Origin: Candidatus Woesearchaeota archaeon
Lineage (GTDB): Archaea > Nanobdellota > Nanobdellia > Woesearchaeales > ARS49
Direction of reading: 5' to 3'
DNA length: 64,000 bases
Assembly (NCBI GenBank): GCA_038891615.1
Contig: JAWADY010000001.1
Location: 160,001 to 224,000, forward strand
Part shown: positions 20,522-31,314 of the stretch, piece after piece
How the letters are laid out: each line of letters begins with the position of its first letter
Position numbering within the stretch: position 1 is the first letter of the stretch
The notes under the pieces: model-generated
Databases searched by the model: none
What the model was told of the DNA's origin: nothing
Seen by the model: only the letters and a program-made list of their open reading frames with translations
Made by a program: the position numbers and the translations under genes

Positions 20522-21169
20522 ATGATGGAAAGCGACAAAGAGGTCAAAACGCTAAAAGGAACAACCACTGTTGGCATTGTCTGCAGGGATGGAGTTGTTC
20601 TTGCTGCTGACAAGCGAGCAACTGCTGGCCTTGTTTTTAGCAAAAAAGAGAAAAAAATTCATCCAATAGCAGACAACATGGTTGTTGCAATGGCAGGTTT
20701 GGTATCAGACGCACAACTTCTGATAAAGTTGATAAAGGCTGAACTAAAGCTCAAAGACCTTCAAACAGGAAGATATTCAAATGTAAAAGAGGCTGCAAAT
20801 CTTCTAGCAGGAATGCTTTATATGAACATAAGAAAGATGACAATGGTGCCTGGAATTGTGGCTTTCTTGCTAGCAGGAAAGGATAATGAAGGATTCCACC
20901 TCTATAACCTTGGTATCGATGGTTCGATAACAAAATTTGATGATTATACTTCTGAAGGTTCTGGCTCTGTTTTTGCTCTTGGCGTGCTTGAAGCGAACTA
21001 CAAGAAGGGGATAGGTATTGATGAAGGGATAAAGCTGGCTGTTCGCACGGTGAATGCTGCGCTGCAAAGAGACCCAAACACTGGTAATGGCATCGACGTG
21101 GTGACTGTAACCGACGAAGGGATAAAGACAGTGCTTGAGAAGGAGCTTGTGGAGCGGCTGGAAGCTTAA
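20522..21169 (+). CDS. psmB: proteasome subunit beta
   Basis: Propeptide followed by KG|TTTVG, AADKRAT, GSGS.FA.GVLE, RD..TGNG. Confidence 0.97.
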   Translation: MMESDKEVKTLKGTTTVGIVCRDGVVLAADKRATAGLVFSKKEKKIHPIADNMVVAMAGLVSDAQLLIKLIKAELKLKDLQTGRYSNVKEAANLLAGMLYMNIRKMTMVPGIVAFLLAGKDNEGFHLYNLGIDGSITKFDDYTSEGSGSVFALGVLEANYKKGIGIDEGIKLAVRTVNAALQRDPNTGNGIDVVTVTDEGIKTVLEKELVERLEA

Positions 21170-21259
21170 AGTTCCAAAAATCAGAAAGGCAACTCACAAA
21201 AGCATTCTGGACTTAAGAAGATAATAGGTAGAGTTAAGCTTAAGTAAAATGCTAGAAAA

Positions 21260-23149
21260 ATGGCAGAGATAATTAAGGAAATCCTAAAGATGCTCCCTTC
21301 GGGAGTCATCTCTGATAGCGCATTTGAGGGAGCGAATATTGTATTTTATACAAAGGACAAGGATTTTTTCCTTAACCCTGGAGAGAGCATCAAAAAGGCT
21401 GTCGATGAATTCAAAAAAAGGATAGAGTTAAGACCAGACCCAAGCATCACGCTTGAGCCTGAAAATGCGGAAAAAGAAATAAAAAATATCCTACCTGAAG
21501 AGGCAGGAATTGGCCAGATTCTTTTTGACCCTCAAAGAAGTATTGTTGTTATTGAAACAGAAAAACCAGGCCTTGCGATTGGCAAACAAGGAGCGCTGCT
21601 GCATGAGATAAAAAAGAGAACATTCTGGGTTCCAGTTATGAGAAGAATGCCTACAATCCGTTCCCAAATATTGGAGAACATACGTGGTGTTCTTTATCAA
21701 TACTCAGATTACAGAAGAAAGTTTCTTGACAGGGTTGGCCACAGGATTTATGACGGTTGGCGACGGGAAAAGAAAGAGGAATGGATAAGGGTTAGCTTCC
21801 TCGGCGGAGCAAGACATGTTGGAAGGAGTTGCATGTTTTTGCAAACACAGGAATCTAGAATTCTTCTCGATTGCGGGATAAATGTTGCTTCAGAAACCGA
21901 GGCATTTCCATCCCTTGATGCACCTGAGTTCAACATAAAAGACCTTGATGCGGTCGTTGTCACACACAGTCATCTTGACCACATCGGCTTTGTACCTTAC
22001 CTTTTCAAATACGGCTATGAGGGCCCTGTTTATTGTACCGAACCTGTTAGAGACATCGGCTCTTTGCTTCTAATTGACTACATCAAAATAATGAAGTCAG
22101 AAAACAAACCTTTAGTTTATGATGTGGAGGATGTGAAAGAAATGGTCAAGCACACCATCACCCTAAACTATGGAGAGGTGAGCGACATAACTCCTGATGT
22201 CAGGCTGACACTGTACAATGCAGGCCATATTCTTGGAAGCGCAATGGCACATCTTCATATTGGAAATGGCTTGCATAACATTCTTTACACAGGCGATATG
22301 AAGTTTGGAAGGATGCAACTCCTTGAGCCAGCAGAGTATAGGTTCCCAAGGCTTGAAACGGTTATTATTGAAAGCACTTACGGAGGTAAAGCAAATGTTC
22401 TTCCACCATTTCAGGAGCAAAACGAATATCTAAAAAGAATTATAAAAGAAACCGTTAAGCGTGGGGGCAAGGTGCTGATGCCGGTCCTTGGTTCAGGAAG
22501 AGCACAGGACATGATAGTCATGCTTGATGGAATGGTAAGAGCAGGCGAGCTTGAGCCTGTACCAGTCTATATCGATGGTCTTGTTTGGGATATCACAGCA
22601 ATACATACTGCTTATCCTGAATTTATGTCGGTTCAGATAAGAAAGCAAATCATCCACAAGGATCAAAATCCTTTCTTAAATGAGATATTCAAACGCATTG
22701 GGAGTCAAAAGGAAAGAATGGAAGTTATCGAAGAAAAAGGGCCGGGAGTTATACTTGCAACTTCTGGCATGCTTGTTGGAGGGCCCTCAGTCGAATACCT
22801 AAAGCATCTTGCAGACAATCCAAGAAACAGCCTTGTCTTTTCATGCTATCAGGCTGAAGGCTCCCTTGGTTACAGAATTCAGCATGGTGAAACAGAGCTA
22901 GTTTTCCGCGATGGTAAAAAGGAAGAAATTTGCCCATTAAAGATGGAAGTACACAAACTTGAGATAACTGACCACTCAGATAGAAAACAGCTAATGAACT
23001 TTATCTACAAAGTGACGCCAACACCAAAGAAGGTCATTGTTGTGCATGGAGAAAACTCGCGGTGCCTTGACTTAGCAAGTTCAATTCACAAACAACTAAA
23101 GATTGAAACTGTTGCACCACGCGTTCTTGAAGCAATAAGATTAAAATGA
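21260..23149 (+). CDS. beta-CASP ribonuclease aCPSF1 (FttA)
   Basis: N-terminal KH domains (PGLAIGKQG), THSHLDH, NAGHILGS, YTGD, ESTYG, VHGE; follows psmB as in the usual archaeal arrangement. Confidence 0.96.
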   Translation: MAEIIKEILKMLPSGVISDSAFEGANIVFYTKDKDFFLNPGESIKKAVDEFKKRIELRPDPSITLEPENAEKEIKNILPEEAGIGQILFDPQRSIVVIETEKPGLAIGKQGALLHEIKKRTFWVPVMRRMPTIRSQILENIRGVLYQYSDYRRKFLDRVGHRIYDGWRREKKEEWIRVSFLGGARHVGRSCMFLQTQESRILLDCGINVASETEAFPSLDAPEFNIKDLDAVVVTHSHLDHIGFVPYLFKYGYEGPVYCTEPVRDIGSLLLIDYIKIMKSENKPLVYDVEDVKEMVKHTITLNYGEVSDITPDVRLTLYNAGHILGSAMAHLHIGNGLHNILYTGDMKFGRMQLLEPAEYRFPRLETVIIESTYGGKANVLPPFQEQNEYLKRIIKETVKRGGKVLMPVLGSGRAQDMIVMLDGMVRAGELEPVPVYIDGLVWDITAIHTAYPEFMSVQIRKQIIHKDQNPFLNEIFKRIGSQKERMEVIEEKGPGVILATSGMLVGGPSVEYLKHLADNPRNSLVFSCYQAEGSLGYRIQHGETELVFRDGKKEEICPLKMEVHKLEITDHSDRKQLMNFIYKVTPTPKKVIVVHGENSRCLDLASSIHKQLKIETVAPRVLEAIRLK

Positions 23150-23184
23150 GCTACTAGAAATTAACCTAGTTAAACGCTTTTTGA

Positions 23185-23257
23185 CGCCCCTGCCGGGAAT
23201 CGAACCCGGGTCGCAGGCTCCGGAGGCCCGCATCCTATCCAACTGAACGACAGGGGC
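23185..23257 (-). tRNA. tRNA-Arg(CCG), no intron
   Basis: Reverse strand GCCCCTG...CGGGC-CT-CCG-GA-GCCTG...GGTTCGATTCC...CAGGGGCG. Confidence 0.95.
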
Positions 23258-23484
23258 AGAGCTGATTTGTCTTCGAGACTTAAAAAGCCTTCGAGGCAAG
23301 GGGAAAAAGCTTTTAAAAAATAAGATTTATTGTGGAGTTGAAGGCTTAAAAAGCATGCAAAAAAGCATTTTGATGACAAACAGATTGCTGATTAAGCCCG
23401 TGCGCATTAGTCATAAAGTCTACATTTGGTGACAGAAGATGCCAATTGAGAATGCATGAATGCAAGAAAAGAGGTTGATGAAGA

Positions 23485-24177
23485 ATGAAAGAGGGTCCAA
23501 CAAAAGAATCGTTAAGAATGACACCTGAAGAAAGGCTTGCAAAACAACTGCCGATTCTCAAAAAACTCTATCCTAAAGCTGAAACAGCCCTTGTACATGA
23601 CACTCCTTGGGAGCTTCTCGTTGCAACAATTCTCTCTGCTCAGTGCACCGACAAAGTGACCAACAAGGTAACGAAAGAGCTTTTCCAGCGATTCAAAACA
23701 CCGCAAGATTTTGCAAAACTTACTCCTGAACAACTTCAACCACACATAAAGAGCATTACTTTCTTTAGAAACAAAAGTAAAAATATCATTGCCTGTGCCA
23801 GAATGATTGTTGAAAAATTTGGTGGAGAGGTGCCGACTCGCATGGAAGAACTTCTTCAGTTGCCAGGAGTTGCAAGGAAAACAGCGAACATAGTTCTTGC
23901 TTCAGGCTTTGGCAAAGCTGAAGGAATTGCCGTTGATACCCATGTAAAGCGAGTTGCATTTAGACTAGGACTGACAAAAAATACATCCCCTGAAAAAATA
24001 GAACAAGACCTCATGCGTATTGTGCCAAAAAACGAATGGAGAGCATTCAGTTATCGCATAATAGACCATGGCAGAGCAATATGCCAAGCAAAAAAAGCGC
24101 GTTGTGATATCTGTCCATTAAATAAAGTCTGTCCTTCTGCATTTAGAGTGAGTGGTTGGAATAGCTACAAAGGATAG
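23485..24177 (+). CDS. nth: endonuclease III
   Basis: LVATILSAQCTD, HhH LPGVARKTAN, AVDTHV, C-x6-CxxC-x5-C Fe-S motif. Confidence 0.97.
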   Translation: MKEGPTKESLRMTPEERLAKQLPILKKLYPKAETALVHDTPWELLVATILSAQCTDKVTNKVTKELFQRFKTPQDFAKLTPEQLQPHIKSITFFRNKSKNIIACARMIVEKFGGEVPTRMEELLQLPGVARKTANIVLASGFGKAEGIAVDTHVKRVAFRLGLTKNTSPEKIEQDLMRIVPKNEWRAFSYRIIDHGRAICQAKKARCDICPLNKVCPSAFRVSGWNSYKG

Positions 24178-24200
24178 ATTTACCAGTTTTAGTTTCTTTA

Positions 24201-24965
24201 TCAAATACTGAATGCCTTTCTCGCCTCTTCCAGTTGCTCAAGTGTTCCAATGTCAAACCACATACCCTCAAAAACATAGCCGTAAACAGGCTGCCGTTCA
24301 CAAAGCCAAGAAAGAAAGTCTCCAGTGTTATCGCTTTTATGACCGTATGAATGATAAATGATTAACCAATCAACTGCGTATTTTGGGAAGATATAGCAAG
24401 CAGTACTAACAAGACTCGTTTTTGGCACTTTTGGCTTCTCTTCGAAACTAATTATCCTCTTATCTGAATCCAGTTCAACAACACCGTATTTTCCTGCCGC
24501 TTTTGCGCAATCCTTTATGTCATAGATGGCAACAGAAGCACCGCTTTTTGAATAATAGAAACTTATGAAGTCTTCTAGTGAAAAGTCAAAAAGGTTGTCG
24601 CCTCCAATAATGAGCAAGTCTTTGTTGAGAAGGGCCTTTTTCTTTACAGCAAAAGTTATGTCGCCAATCGCACCAAGCCTATCATAATGAGATGTTGCAC
24701 CGTCATCAACAATCTCAATTTTGTCTTTGCTTTTGCAGGCAATCATGCTTTTGCTTGCGTAACAATCCAACCACTTTGTAAAATCGTCTTTGAAACGCAA
24801 ATTTGTAACAATGAAGATTTTATCAAAATCTTTAATGCTTAAAATTTTTTCAACAATGTGCTCTAGAATTGGTTTTTCACCCACTTCGAGAAGAGGTTTT
24901 GGAGTTTTTTGTGTAAGTGGATACAACCTTGTTCCATAGCCTGCTGCAAGTATTATTGAATCCAT
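24201..24965 (-). CDS. sugar-phosphate nucleotidyltransferase family protein
   Basis: ILAAGYGTRL.P.T..PKPLL, GDN, EEKP, WFDIG. Confidence 0.92.
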   Translation of the reverse strand: MDSIILAAGYGTRLYPLTQKTPKPLLEVGEKPILEHIVEKILSIKDFDKIFIVTNLRFKDDFTKWLDCYASKSMIACKSKDKIEIVDDGATSHYDRLGAIGDITFAVKKKALLNKDLLIIGGDNLFDFSLEDFISFYYSKSGASVAIYDIKDCAKAAGKYGVVELDSDKRIISFEEKPKVPKTSLVSTACYIFPKYAVDWLIIYHSYGHKSDNTGDFLSWLCERQPVYGYVFEGMWFDIGTLEQLEEARKAFSI

Positions 24966-25098
24966 ATCGATGCATTTATGCAGCCATGGTTAATAAAACT
25001 TCTGAAACAAACAGATATAAACAATTCGTCGGAACTGAGCGAAAGATTTAAATATTAAAAGAGGAAAGCTTAAGAAAAAACAATGAGGTGATTGAACA

Positions 25099-25269
25099 AT
25101 GGTTTTTCCAGAAAAACTGCCAGGTTGGCTAAATTGGATAGTGTTGCTAATAGGCCTTTTGTACCTGCTAAAAGATTTGAATGTGGCAGGGTTTGGATGG
25201 TGGAGCCTTAATTGGTGGACAGTTCTATTCTTGGTTTGGGGATTAGCAAAGGCATTCAACCTTAAGTAA
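25099..25269 (+). CDS. small Trp-rich two-TM membrane protein (56 aa, not in ORF track)
   Basis: TTTAAATA box, GAGGTGA RBS, MVFPEKLPGWLNWIVLLIGLLYLLKDL...WWTVLFLVWGLAK, downstream T-tract. Confidence 0.7.
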   Translation: MVFPEKLPGWLNWIVLLIGLLYLLKDLNVAGFGWWSLNWWTVLFLVWGLAKAFNLK

Positions 25270-25423
25270 AGAGTTTGTTTGCTTTTTCTTTTTGTTTTCA
25301 TTTTTATTGTTTGTAGCTTTATACAAAAAATTCTATAATAGAAGAAACACAAAAGGCAATAAGCCATACAAAACGTAATATTTATATAGTAATTTTACTA
25401 CCAATAGGTAAATACATCTACTG

Positions 25424-25969
25424 ATGAATGTAATTAAGATGACTAAATCATGGTTGGTGGCGGCATTTGCGTTTGTTTTTGTAGTCGGACTCATTTTTGG
25501 AAAATTTGCTAGTGCAACAAAAATTGATTCTGTTTTGAAGGAACGTTCTGAACTGCAGAATGAGTCAACAAAAGGCTACATTGTTGAAAAGGGCACAAAC
25601 GAGCGCCCTTCGCCGTTTGATTGGATAAAAGAGGGTCAGATAGAGTTTAACAAGAATGGTGTTTTAATCAAAGTTCCTAACGCTGTCTGGGCAAAAGTTA
25701 TTGACACAAACTCAATGGACCCTGTGATTGATGCTGAAGTGGATCTCATTGAGATAGTTCCGGCGTCTCCAGAAAACATACATGTTGGGGACATTGTAAG
25801 TTATGAATCAAAAAGTGTAGAAGCAACGATTGTCCACAGGGTTGTAGAGACCGGCTATGATGAAAATGGTTGGTATGCAATAATGAAAGGCGACAACAAT
25901 CCAAATGAAGACCCTGAAAAGGTACGCTGGGAACAAATAAAGAGGATAGTTGTTGCGATAATTTATTGA
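25424..25969 (+). CDS. S26 signal peptidase I-like (Sec11 type)
   Basis: N-terminal TM, TNSMDP (Ser), VGDIV, IVHRV (His), KGDNN..ED. Confidence 0.88.
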   Translation: MNVIKMTKSWLVAAFAFVFVVGLIFGKFASATKIDSVLKERSELQNESTKGYIVEKGTNERPSPFDWIKEGQIEFNKNGVLIKVPNAVWAKVIDTNSMDPVIDAEVDLIEIVPASPENIHVGDIVSYESKSVEATIVHRVVETGYDENGWYAIMKGDNNPNEDPEKVRWEQIKRIVVAIIY

Positions 25970-25977
25970 GGTGGAAA

Positions 25978-26244
25978 ATGAAAGAGAAAACCAATCTTGA
26001 AATGCTCTTGAAGGAAATCGCCAAAAAGGCAACAAGTCTTGCTTTGATCGGAGGCTTGCTTCTTGGCTCTTATGGCTGTAGGGGTCTGACAGAAGTCCGC
26101 ATATTAAAATATACAATTAATAGAGAAGATAATGCAAAACCAGCTTACTGCCCAAGTCAACCAGCCACAAACATTTACAATAGCCCTGCAATGCAGCCAA
26201 AGAAATCCCCAAACTGTATTTTTGAGTTAGAGATAAGATATTGA
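25978..26244 (+). CDS. hypothetical (lipoprotein-like) protein
   Basis: GAGGTGG RBS; hydrophobic stretch ending in SYGC. Confidence 0.5.
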   Translation: MKEKTNLEMLLKEIAKKATSLALIGGLLLGSYGCRGLTEVRILKYTINREDNAKPAYCPSQPATNIYNSPAMQPKKSPNCIFELEIRY

Positions 26245-26325
26245 TATTAAGGCTCTCACATCAAATAGACAGGAAAAGGATTTGATGCAGTTAAGCTTAA
26301 ATATTTCTTTTTTAAGATTCTGCAA

Positions 26326-27213
26326 ATGAATAATTCAGAGCTTGAAAAGTGGCACGAGGCTGGCAGGATTGCTGCCAAAGCACTCGAATATGGCACGAGC
26401 CTCATAAAAAAAGGCGCTGTTGTTCGGGAGGTTTGTGACCTTATTGACCAAAAAATTGTTGAGCTTGGAGCAAAGCCAGCATGGCCAAGCCAAGTGAGCA
26501 TAAACCATATTGCAGCCCATTTTACTCCTGATGAGGATGATGGCTCTGTTTTTGGTGAAGACCTTGTAAGCCTTGATGTCGGAGCTTCTGTAGATGGATA
26601 CATTGGTGACACCGCCTCAACTATAGACCTAAGTGGAAAATGGACTACGCTTGTGAGAACTGCTTTAAAGGCGCTGGAGGAAGCAGTAAAAGAAGTGAAG
26701 CATGGTGCAAGATTGAGCGACATAGGGACGAGAATACAAGAGACAATCACTGCGGGCGGGTTTTCACCAATAAAAAATCTCTCAGGACATGGAATTTCAA
26801 GATTTGTGATACACGACAGACCGATTGTTCCAAATCACACCACTGGAAGCCCAGAAAGACTAGTTGAAGGGCAGGTCATAGCAATTGAACCTTTCGCAAC
26901 AACCGGCAGGGGAATGGTCCGCGAAGCTGAATCCTGCAACATTTTTTCCTTAGAAAAGCACAGGCCAGTGAGAAGCCCTTTTGCAAGGGAAATACAAGAT
27001 TTCATTGAGGATAATTATGGACCATTGCCTTTTACAACGAGATGGATTGCAAAGCGTTTTGGCGCAGGAAAGGCAAAGCTTGGACTGCGCGAGCTTATGG
27101 CAGTAGGGGCTCTTCACAAATACCCACCACTTATTGAAGCGAGTAATGGCATGGTTGCTGTTTTTGAGAAAACCCTCCTCGTAACCCAAAATGGATGTGA
27201 AATTCTAACATAG
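26326..27213 (+). CDS. map: methionine aminopeptidase type II
   Basis: AAHFTP, DVG...DG.I.DTA, NLSGH, AIEPFAT, YPPL. Confidence 0.96.
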   Translation: MNNSELEKWHEAGRIAAKALEYGTSLIKKGAVVREVCDLIDQKIVELGAKPAWPSQVSINHIAAHFTPDEDDGSVFGEDLVSLDVGASVDGYIGDTASTIDLSGKWTTLVRTALKALEEAVKEVKHGARLSDIGTRIQETITAGGFSPIKNLSGHGISRFVIHDRPIVPNHTTGSPERLVEGQVIAIEPFATTGRGMVREAESCNIFSLEKHRPVRSPFAREIQDFIEDNYGPLPFTTRWIAKRFGAGKAKLGLRELMAVGALHKYPPLIEASNGMVAVFEKTLLVTQNGCEILT

Positions 27214-27273
27214 CTTGAAAAATTTAATAGCAAATAATTTTAAATAGTTGGAGGAGAAGTTAGACTTGGGGCT

Positions 27274-29343
27274 ATGATAATTAATTCAATAAATCTCAGA
27301 AACATCAGGAGTTATGTTAATGAGCGCATAAATTTTCCAGAAGGTAGTATCCTTCTTTCTGGAGATGTTGGAGCAGGCAAAACAACAATTCTTCTAGCAA
27401 TCGAGTTTGCACTTTTTGGAATTCTTCGTGGAGAGGTTTCCGGTAGCTCTCTTCTCAGGAATGGTACGGAGAGTGGTTATGTTGAGCTTAGCCTTGAGCT
27501 TGGTGGAAAGCCAATCGTAATAAAGAGAACGCTAAGGCGTTCAAAAGGCAGCGTTGAGCAAGAATCTGGTGAAATATCAATCGATGGAATGCGACAGGTA
27601 CTAACGGCTACAGAGCTGAAGTCAAGAATTTTGTCGCTAATGGGATACCCCTTAGAGCTTGCAAGCAAGAGCAAGTCACTAATATACAGATACACAGTCT
27701 ACACCCCTCAAGATGAAATGAAAAGAATACTTTTTGAGGACAAAGAAAGTAGGCTAGACATATTAAGAAGGGTTTTCTTTATTGACAAATATAGAAGGAT
27801 AAAAGACAACACCACGATTTTTATAAGGCAACTACGCGAGCAACTACGCGAACTTGAGGGCGAGACTGCGGACTTGGATTATAAAACAAAAAGGTTGAAT
27901 GAAAAGAAGGATGAGCTTGCTGCAATTGAGATAAAACTGGTTAATGCATCATCTATCCTAAAGACTGCAAAAGAGTTTGTTGAAGTCGTCAGGAAGAAGT
28001 GCGCCGAGGCTGAGGCTATCTTGATAAAAGCGAACGAACTGAAAAGGAGCTTTGATGTTTTAAAAGCAGAGCTGGAGGGGGTGAATGAGCAAAAAGAAAG
28101 AACTCTTAAGGAGGCTGAGCTGCTAAAAAAACAAATCGGCGAGCTTGATGCGTTACTTGGAGAAGGGAGAAGTGAAGCGCATAAGGAAGTTATTTCAGAA
28201 CTTATCTCTAAAAAAAACCAAGAGCTTGATAGGTGTGAAAAGGAGATTCTGACCCAGAGGGAACATGTTGCATCGCTGAAAAACCAAAAAAGGCTTTCGG
28301 AAGATACAATATTAAAAATCTCAAAGCTAGAAAGTTGTCCTTTGTGTCTGCAAAAAGTTTCGGAAGAGCACAAGAAAAAAATAATGAGCAGAGAGGAAAC
28401 AGCTCTATCAAAGCTGGAAAAAGAGCTGGAAGAGCATCTTAAAATGATTGAAAATCTTGAGAAACAAAAAAGAGAAATAAAAGCAGAACTTGAGGCATTG
28501 AAAAAGAAAGAAGAAGAAGCTTTTGCAATTAAGCTTAAAGCTGAAAGCCTTATTGAAAAACGGCAACAGCTTTCTTCAAGACTTACTATTATTAAATCAC
28601 TCGAAGAGCGCGCAAGGAATCTAAGCAAAAAAATATCCGAGAATGAAGTCGTGCTTAAAACCCTTCAAACAGCTAGAGAGGATTATGAAAAGGCCCGCAA
28701 AGAACTGGACTTTGCCTTGGAAAAAGAAAAATGGGCAGAAGTTGAGTATGGAAAACTTCTGAAAGAAAAGGAAAGCCTTGTTTATGTTGTAAAGGAACTT
28801 GAAGCTGAGGTCCAAAAAAAGCTAAATGCTAAAGCAAAAATCGAACAAACAAAGCAATTGATTTCTTGGCTTGGAGAAAACTTTATTTCAATGATTGAAG
28901 CAATGGAAAAGGCAGTGATGGCTCGTGTGCATTCGCAGTTTAACGAACTTTTTACAAGGTGGTTCAACCTTCTCGTTGATGATGAACTAATCGCAGCAAG
29001 ACTTGATGAAGAATTCAGCCCAGTGCTCGAACAGAACGGCTATGAAACACCTGTAGAAAGCCTTAGCGGAGGTGAAAAGACCGCCTGCGCCCTCGCCTAC
29101 AGGCTTGCCTTAAACAAGGTCATAAACGACCTTATACACGGAATCCAGACAAAAGATGTGATAATTCTAGACGAACCAACAGACGGTTTCAGCAACAATC
29201 AGCTTGACCGCATGCGTGATGTTCTAAACCAGTTAGGCTTAAGACAAATAATCCTCGTTAGTCATGAAGAAAAGATAGAAAGCTTTGTAGAGCATGTCAT
29301 TAAGATATCAAAGAATGAGCATGTGAGTCAGGTTTGTGTATAA
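27274..29343 (+). CDS. Rad50/SbcC-like SMC ATPase
   Basis: GDVGAGKT Walker A, Q-loop, coiled coil with CPLC zinc hook, LSGGE, ILDEPT, SH. Confidence 0.9.
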   Translation: MIINSINLRNIRSYVNERINFPEGSILLSGDVGAGKTTILLAIEFALFGILRGEVSGSSLLRNGTESGYVELSLELGGKPIVIKRTLRRSKGSVEQESGEISIDGMRQVLTATELKSRILSLMGYPLELASKSKSLIYRYTVYTPQDEMKRILFEDKESRLDILRRVFFIDKYRRIKDNTTIFIRQLREQLRELEGETADLDYKTKRLNEKKDELAAIEIKLVNASSILKTAKEFVEVVRKKCAEAEAILIKANELKRSFDVLKAELEGVNEQKERTLKEAELLKKQIGELDALLGEGRSEAHKEVISELISKKNQELDRCEKEILTQREHVASLKNQKRLSEDTILKISKLESCPLCLQKVSEEHKKKIMSREETALSKLEKELEEHLKMIENLEKQKREIKAELEALKKKEEEAFAIKLKAESLIEKRQQLSSRLTIIKSLEERARNLSKKISENEVVLKTLQTAREDYEKARKELDFALEKEKWAEVEYGKLLKEKESLVYVVKELEAEVQKKLNAKAKIEQTKQLISWLGENFISMIEAMEKAVMARVHSQFNELFTRWFNLLVDDELIAARLDEEFSPVLEQNGYETPVESLSGGEKTACALAYRLALNKVINDLIHGIQTKDVIILDEPTDGFSNNQLDRMRDVLNQLGLRQIILVSHEEKIESFVEHVIKISKNEHVSQVCV

Positions 29344-29436
29344 ATGATTGTCAAGAAATGTCTTTGAAAAAGGACCAATGGCTACAAAAGCTTGAGCTTG
29401 CGCAAACTTTATAAATAAGATGAATTAAGTTTGTTT

Positions 29437-30888
29437 ATGCAAAAAAAGAGCGTACTTCTCGGATTTGTTTCAGTAACCCTTCTGACACTTTTAGCGAGCA
29501 TTGCTTTGGCATCTTTTGAATTTAATGTTGATGTAGCTCCTGAAGGAGCAGTCATAAAAATGAATGACAGTGCAGAGTTCACTCTAAGCGTTAGTCACAA
29601 TTCGCGAAATGTCGAATCTTTTGAAATATACTCTCCAGAAGTACAGTGGGATATACGAACAGAACCGCCAGGGCTATTAAAAGTTGCTCCAGGTGAAAAG
29701 GGAGAAACAAAACTTGTAATAAGGCCAGTATACATATCAAACCCAGGCTACTATTATGTTGTTATTCATGTGAGACCAATCGGCCGCGACATTCTTGTCA
29801 GAAAAGCTTTTGTGGTTGGAGTTCTACCAGCCTATCAAATACCTGGAGAGTATTCGCCTTCAATAAAGCTTTCCCCGAGCGTTGAAAAACTAATAGACCC
29901 AAGGGCTGAAAGCGTTGTGAAATTAACAGTAGAAAACCTGAACAGACGTGAGCTTGGTCAAATCGCAATCAGGCTTAGAAGCAATACAATAAATAAAGAT
30001 ATCTCATCATCACTTGGGCCTTTCGAGAGGAAATCATTTGATTTTAAAGTCTTTTTAGACCCACTAACTCCCCCACAGAAGGATGTGTTGACCGCCACCG
30101 TTTTCCTGCAACTGCCAGAAGGAACATATCAAATTGAGGCGGAACCTATCCCGTTTGAAATTTTGGCTTATGGCGAAATAACCGAGCAAACAGATGTCTC
30201 AAAGGGATTCTTAAAAACAACTAAAACAATCACATTTACCAATACAGGCAACTCACGTCAGAAAAAGGAATTTCTAGAGAAAAAGGCATTTTTCAAAAGT
30301 TGGTTTACTTCTTTCAATGAAGACTATGACAGAATTAAGGTCGTAGACAGGACTAATTACTACTCATGGAATATTGAGCTTGGTGTTGGCGAAAAGAAAG
30401 TTTTGATAATTACAACAAACTATAACCCACCTGCTTATCTCGCACTTGCTGTAATTGCTGGACTGCTCTTGTATTACCTTTTAAGGAGTCCTCTTGTATT
30501 AGTAAAATCAGCAACAATCCTAACCGCGCGTGAGGGCGGAGTATCTGAGTTCAAGATTCTGTTGAGGGTAAAAAACAGAAGTTCGAGAGCGCTGAAAAAT
30601 GTTTCAATACTTGACAGCATTCCAAGAATCGCAGATATTGTTCGCGACTTTGAGCTTGGAACCACAAAGCCTGAAAAAATATTAAGACACGAAAGCCGCG
30701 GCACAATGTTGAAGTGGCGTTTCAGCGAACTTGAACCATCTGAAGAAAGGCTCATAACGTATAGGATTTCTTCAAAGCTAAACATAATAGGCGGTGTCAC
30801 ATTGCCGGTTGCTGTTGCAAAGTTTGAGGTAAGAGATGGTGTTGAGCGAGTTACAAGAAGCAATGCGCCAGTTGTTGGGCTGATGTAA
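29437..30888 (+). CDS. secreted/membrane Ig-like multidomain protein
   Basis: Signal peptide, beta-rich repeats, internal TM (YLALAVIAGLLLYYLL), then a further beta-sandwich domain. Confidence 0.7.
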   Translation: MQKKSVLLGFVSVTLLTLLASIALASFEFNVDVAPEGAVIKMNDSAEFTLSVSHNSRNVESFEIYSPEVQWDIRTEPPGLLKVAPGEKGETKLVIRPVYISNPGYYYVVIHVRPIGRDILVRKAFVVGVLPAYQIPGEYSPSIKLSPSVEKLIDPRAESVVKLTVENLNRRELGQIAIRLRSNTINKDISSSLGPFERKSFDFKVFLDPLTPPQKDVLTATVFLQLPEGTYQIEAEPIPFEILAYGEITEQTDVSKGFLKTTKTITFTNTGNSRQKKEFLEKKAFFKSWFTSFNEDYDRIKVVDRTNYYSWNIELGVGEKKVLIITTNYNPPAYLALAVIAGLLLYYLLRSPLVLVKSATILTAREGGVSEFKILLRVKNRSSRALKNVSILDSIPRIADIVRDFELGTTKPEKILRHESRGTMLKWRFSELEPSEERLITYRISSKLNIIGGVTLPVAVAKFEVRDGVERVTRSNAPVVGLM

Positions 30889-31115
30889 TTAATAATAAAA
30901 AGGAAATTTTTTGTTTACTTGCCTTTTCTCCTTCAAGAAAAAAATCTAAATTTTGTTGAGAAGGAGTTTGTTCATCTCAAATTTAGGCACAAAGGTTTTT
31001 GGGCGAATATTTTAAAAATAGTCGGCTTCCCTTTTTTTAAGGTGCTCAGGAATGATTTAATGAGAAATAAAGGTCGTAGTTAAATTTTTAAACAGTTACG
31101 ACTGCTTAAAAACAT

Positions 31116-31242
31116 CCCCGCGTAGCTCAACGGTGGAGCGTCCGGCTGTAGCTGAAAAGCGCCCGTAGACAAGGTATTTGCCATGGATGACAACGGGTCA
31201 GCCGAACCCGGAAGGCTGCTGGTTCGAATCCGGCCGCGGGGA
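31116..31242 (+). tRNA. tRNA-Tyr(GTA) with 55-nt intron (31152-31206)
   Basis: CCCCGCG/CGCGGGG + A73 (C1:G72 archaeal Tyr identity); TCCGG-CT-GTA-G...C-CCGGA; GGTTCGAATCC. Confidence 0.9.
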
Positions 31243-31314
31243 CTCCTTGCTATGGCTAGGAAAACAAAAATTTTAGTCGCTTAAGAAAAACGAAATCAGC
31301 CTAAAGCTTATTGT

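Noticed and set aside
24990-25367. 125-aa minus-strand ORF
   Set aside because: Antisense shadow of the RBS-supported 56-aa membrane gene at 25099-25269.
27879-28628. 249-aa Ser/Phe/Leu-rich minus-strand ORF
   Set aside because: Antisense to the E/K-rich Rad50 coiled coil; typical shadow ORF, as are most other short overlapping ORFs in the track.
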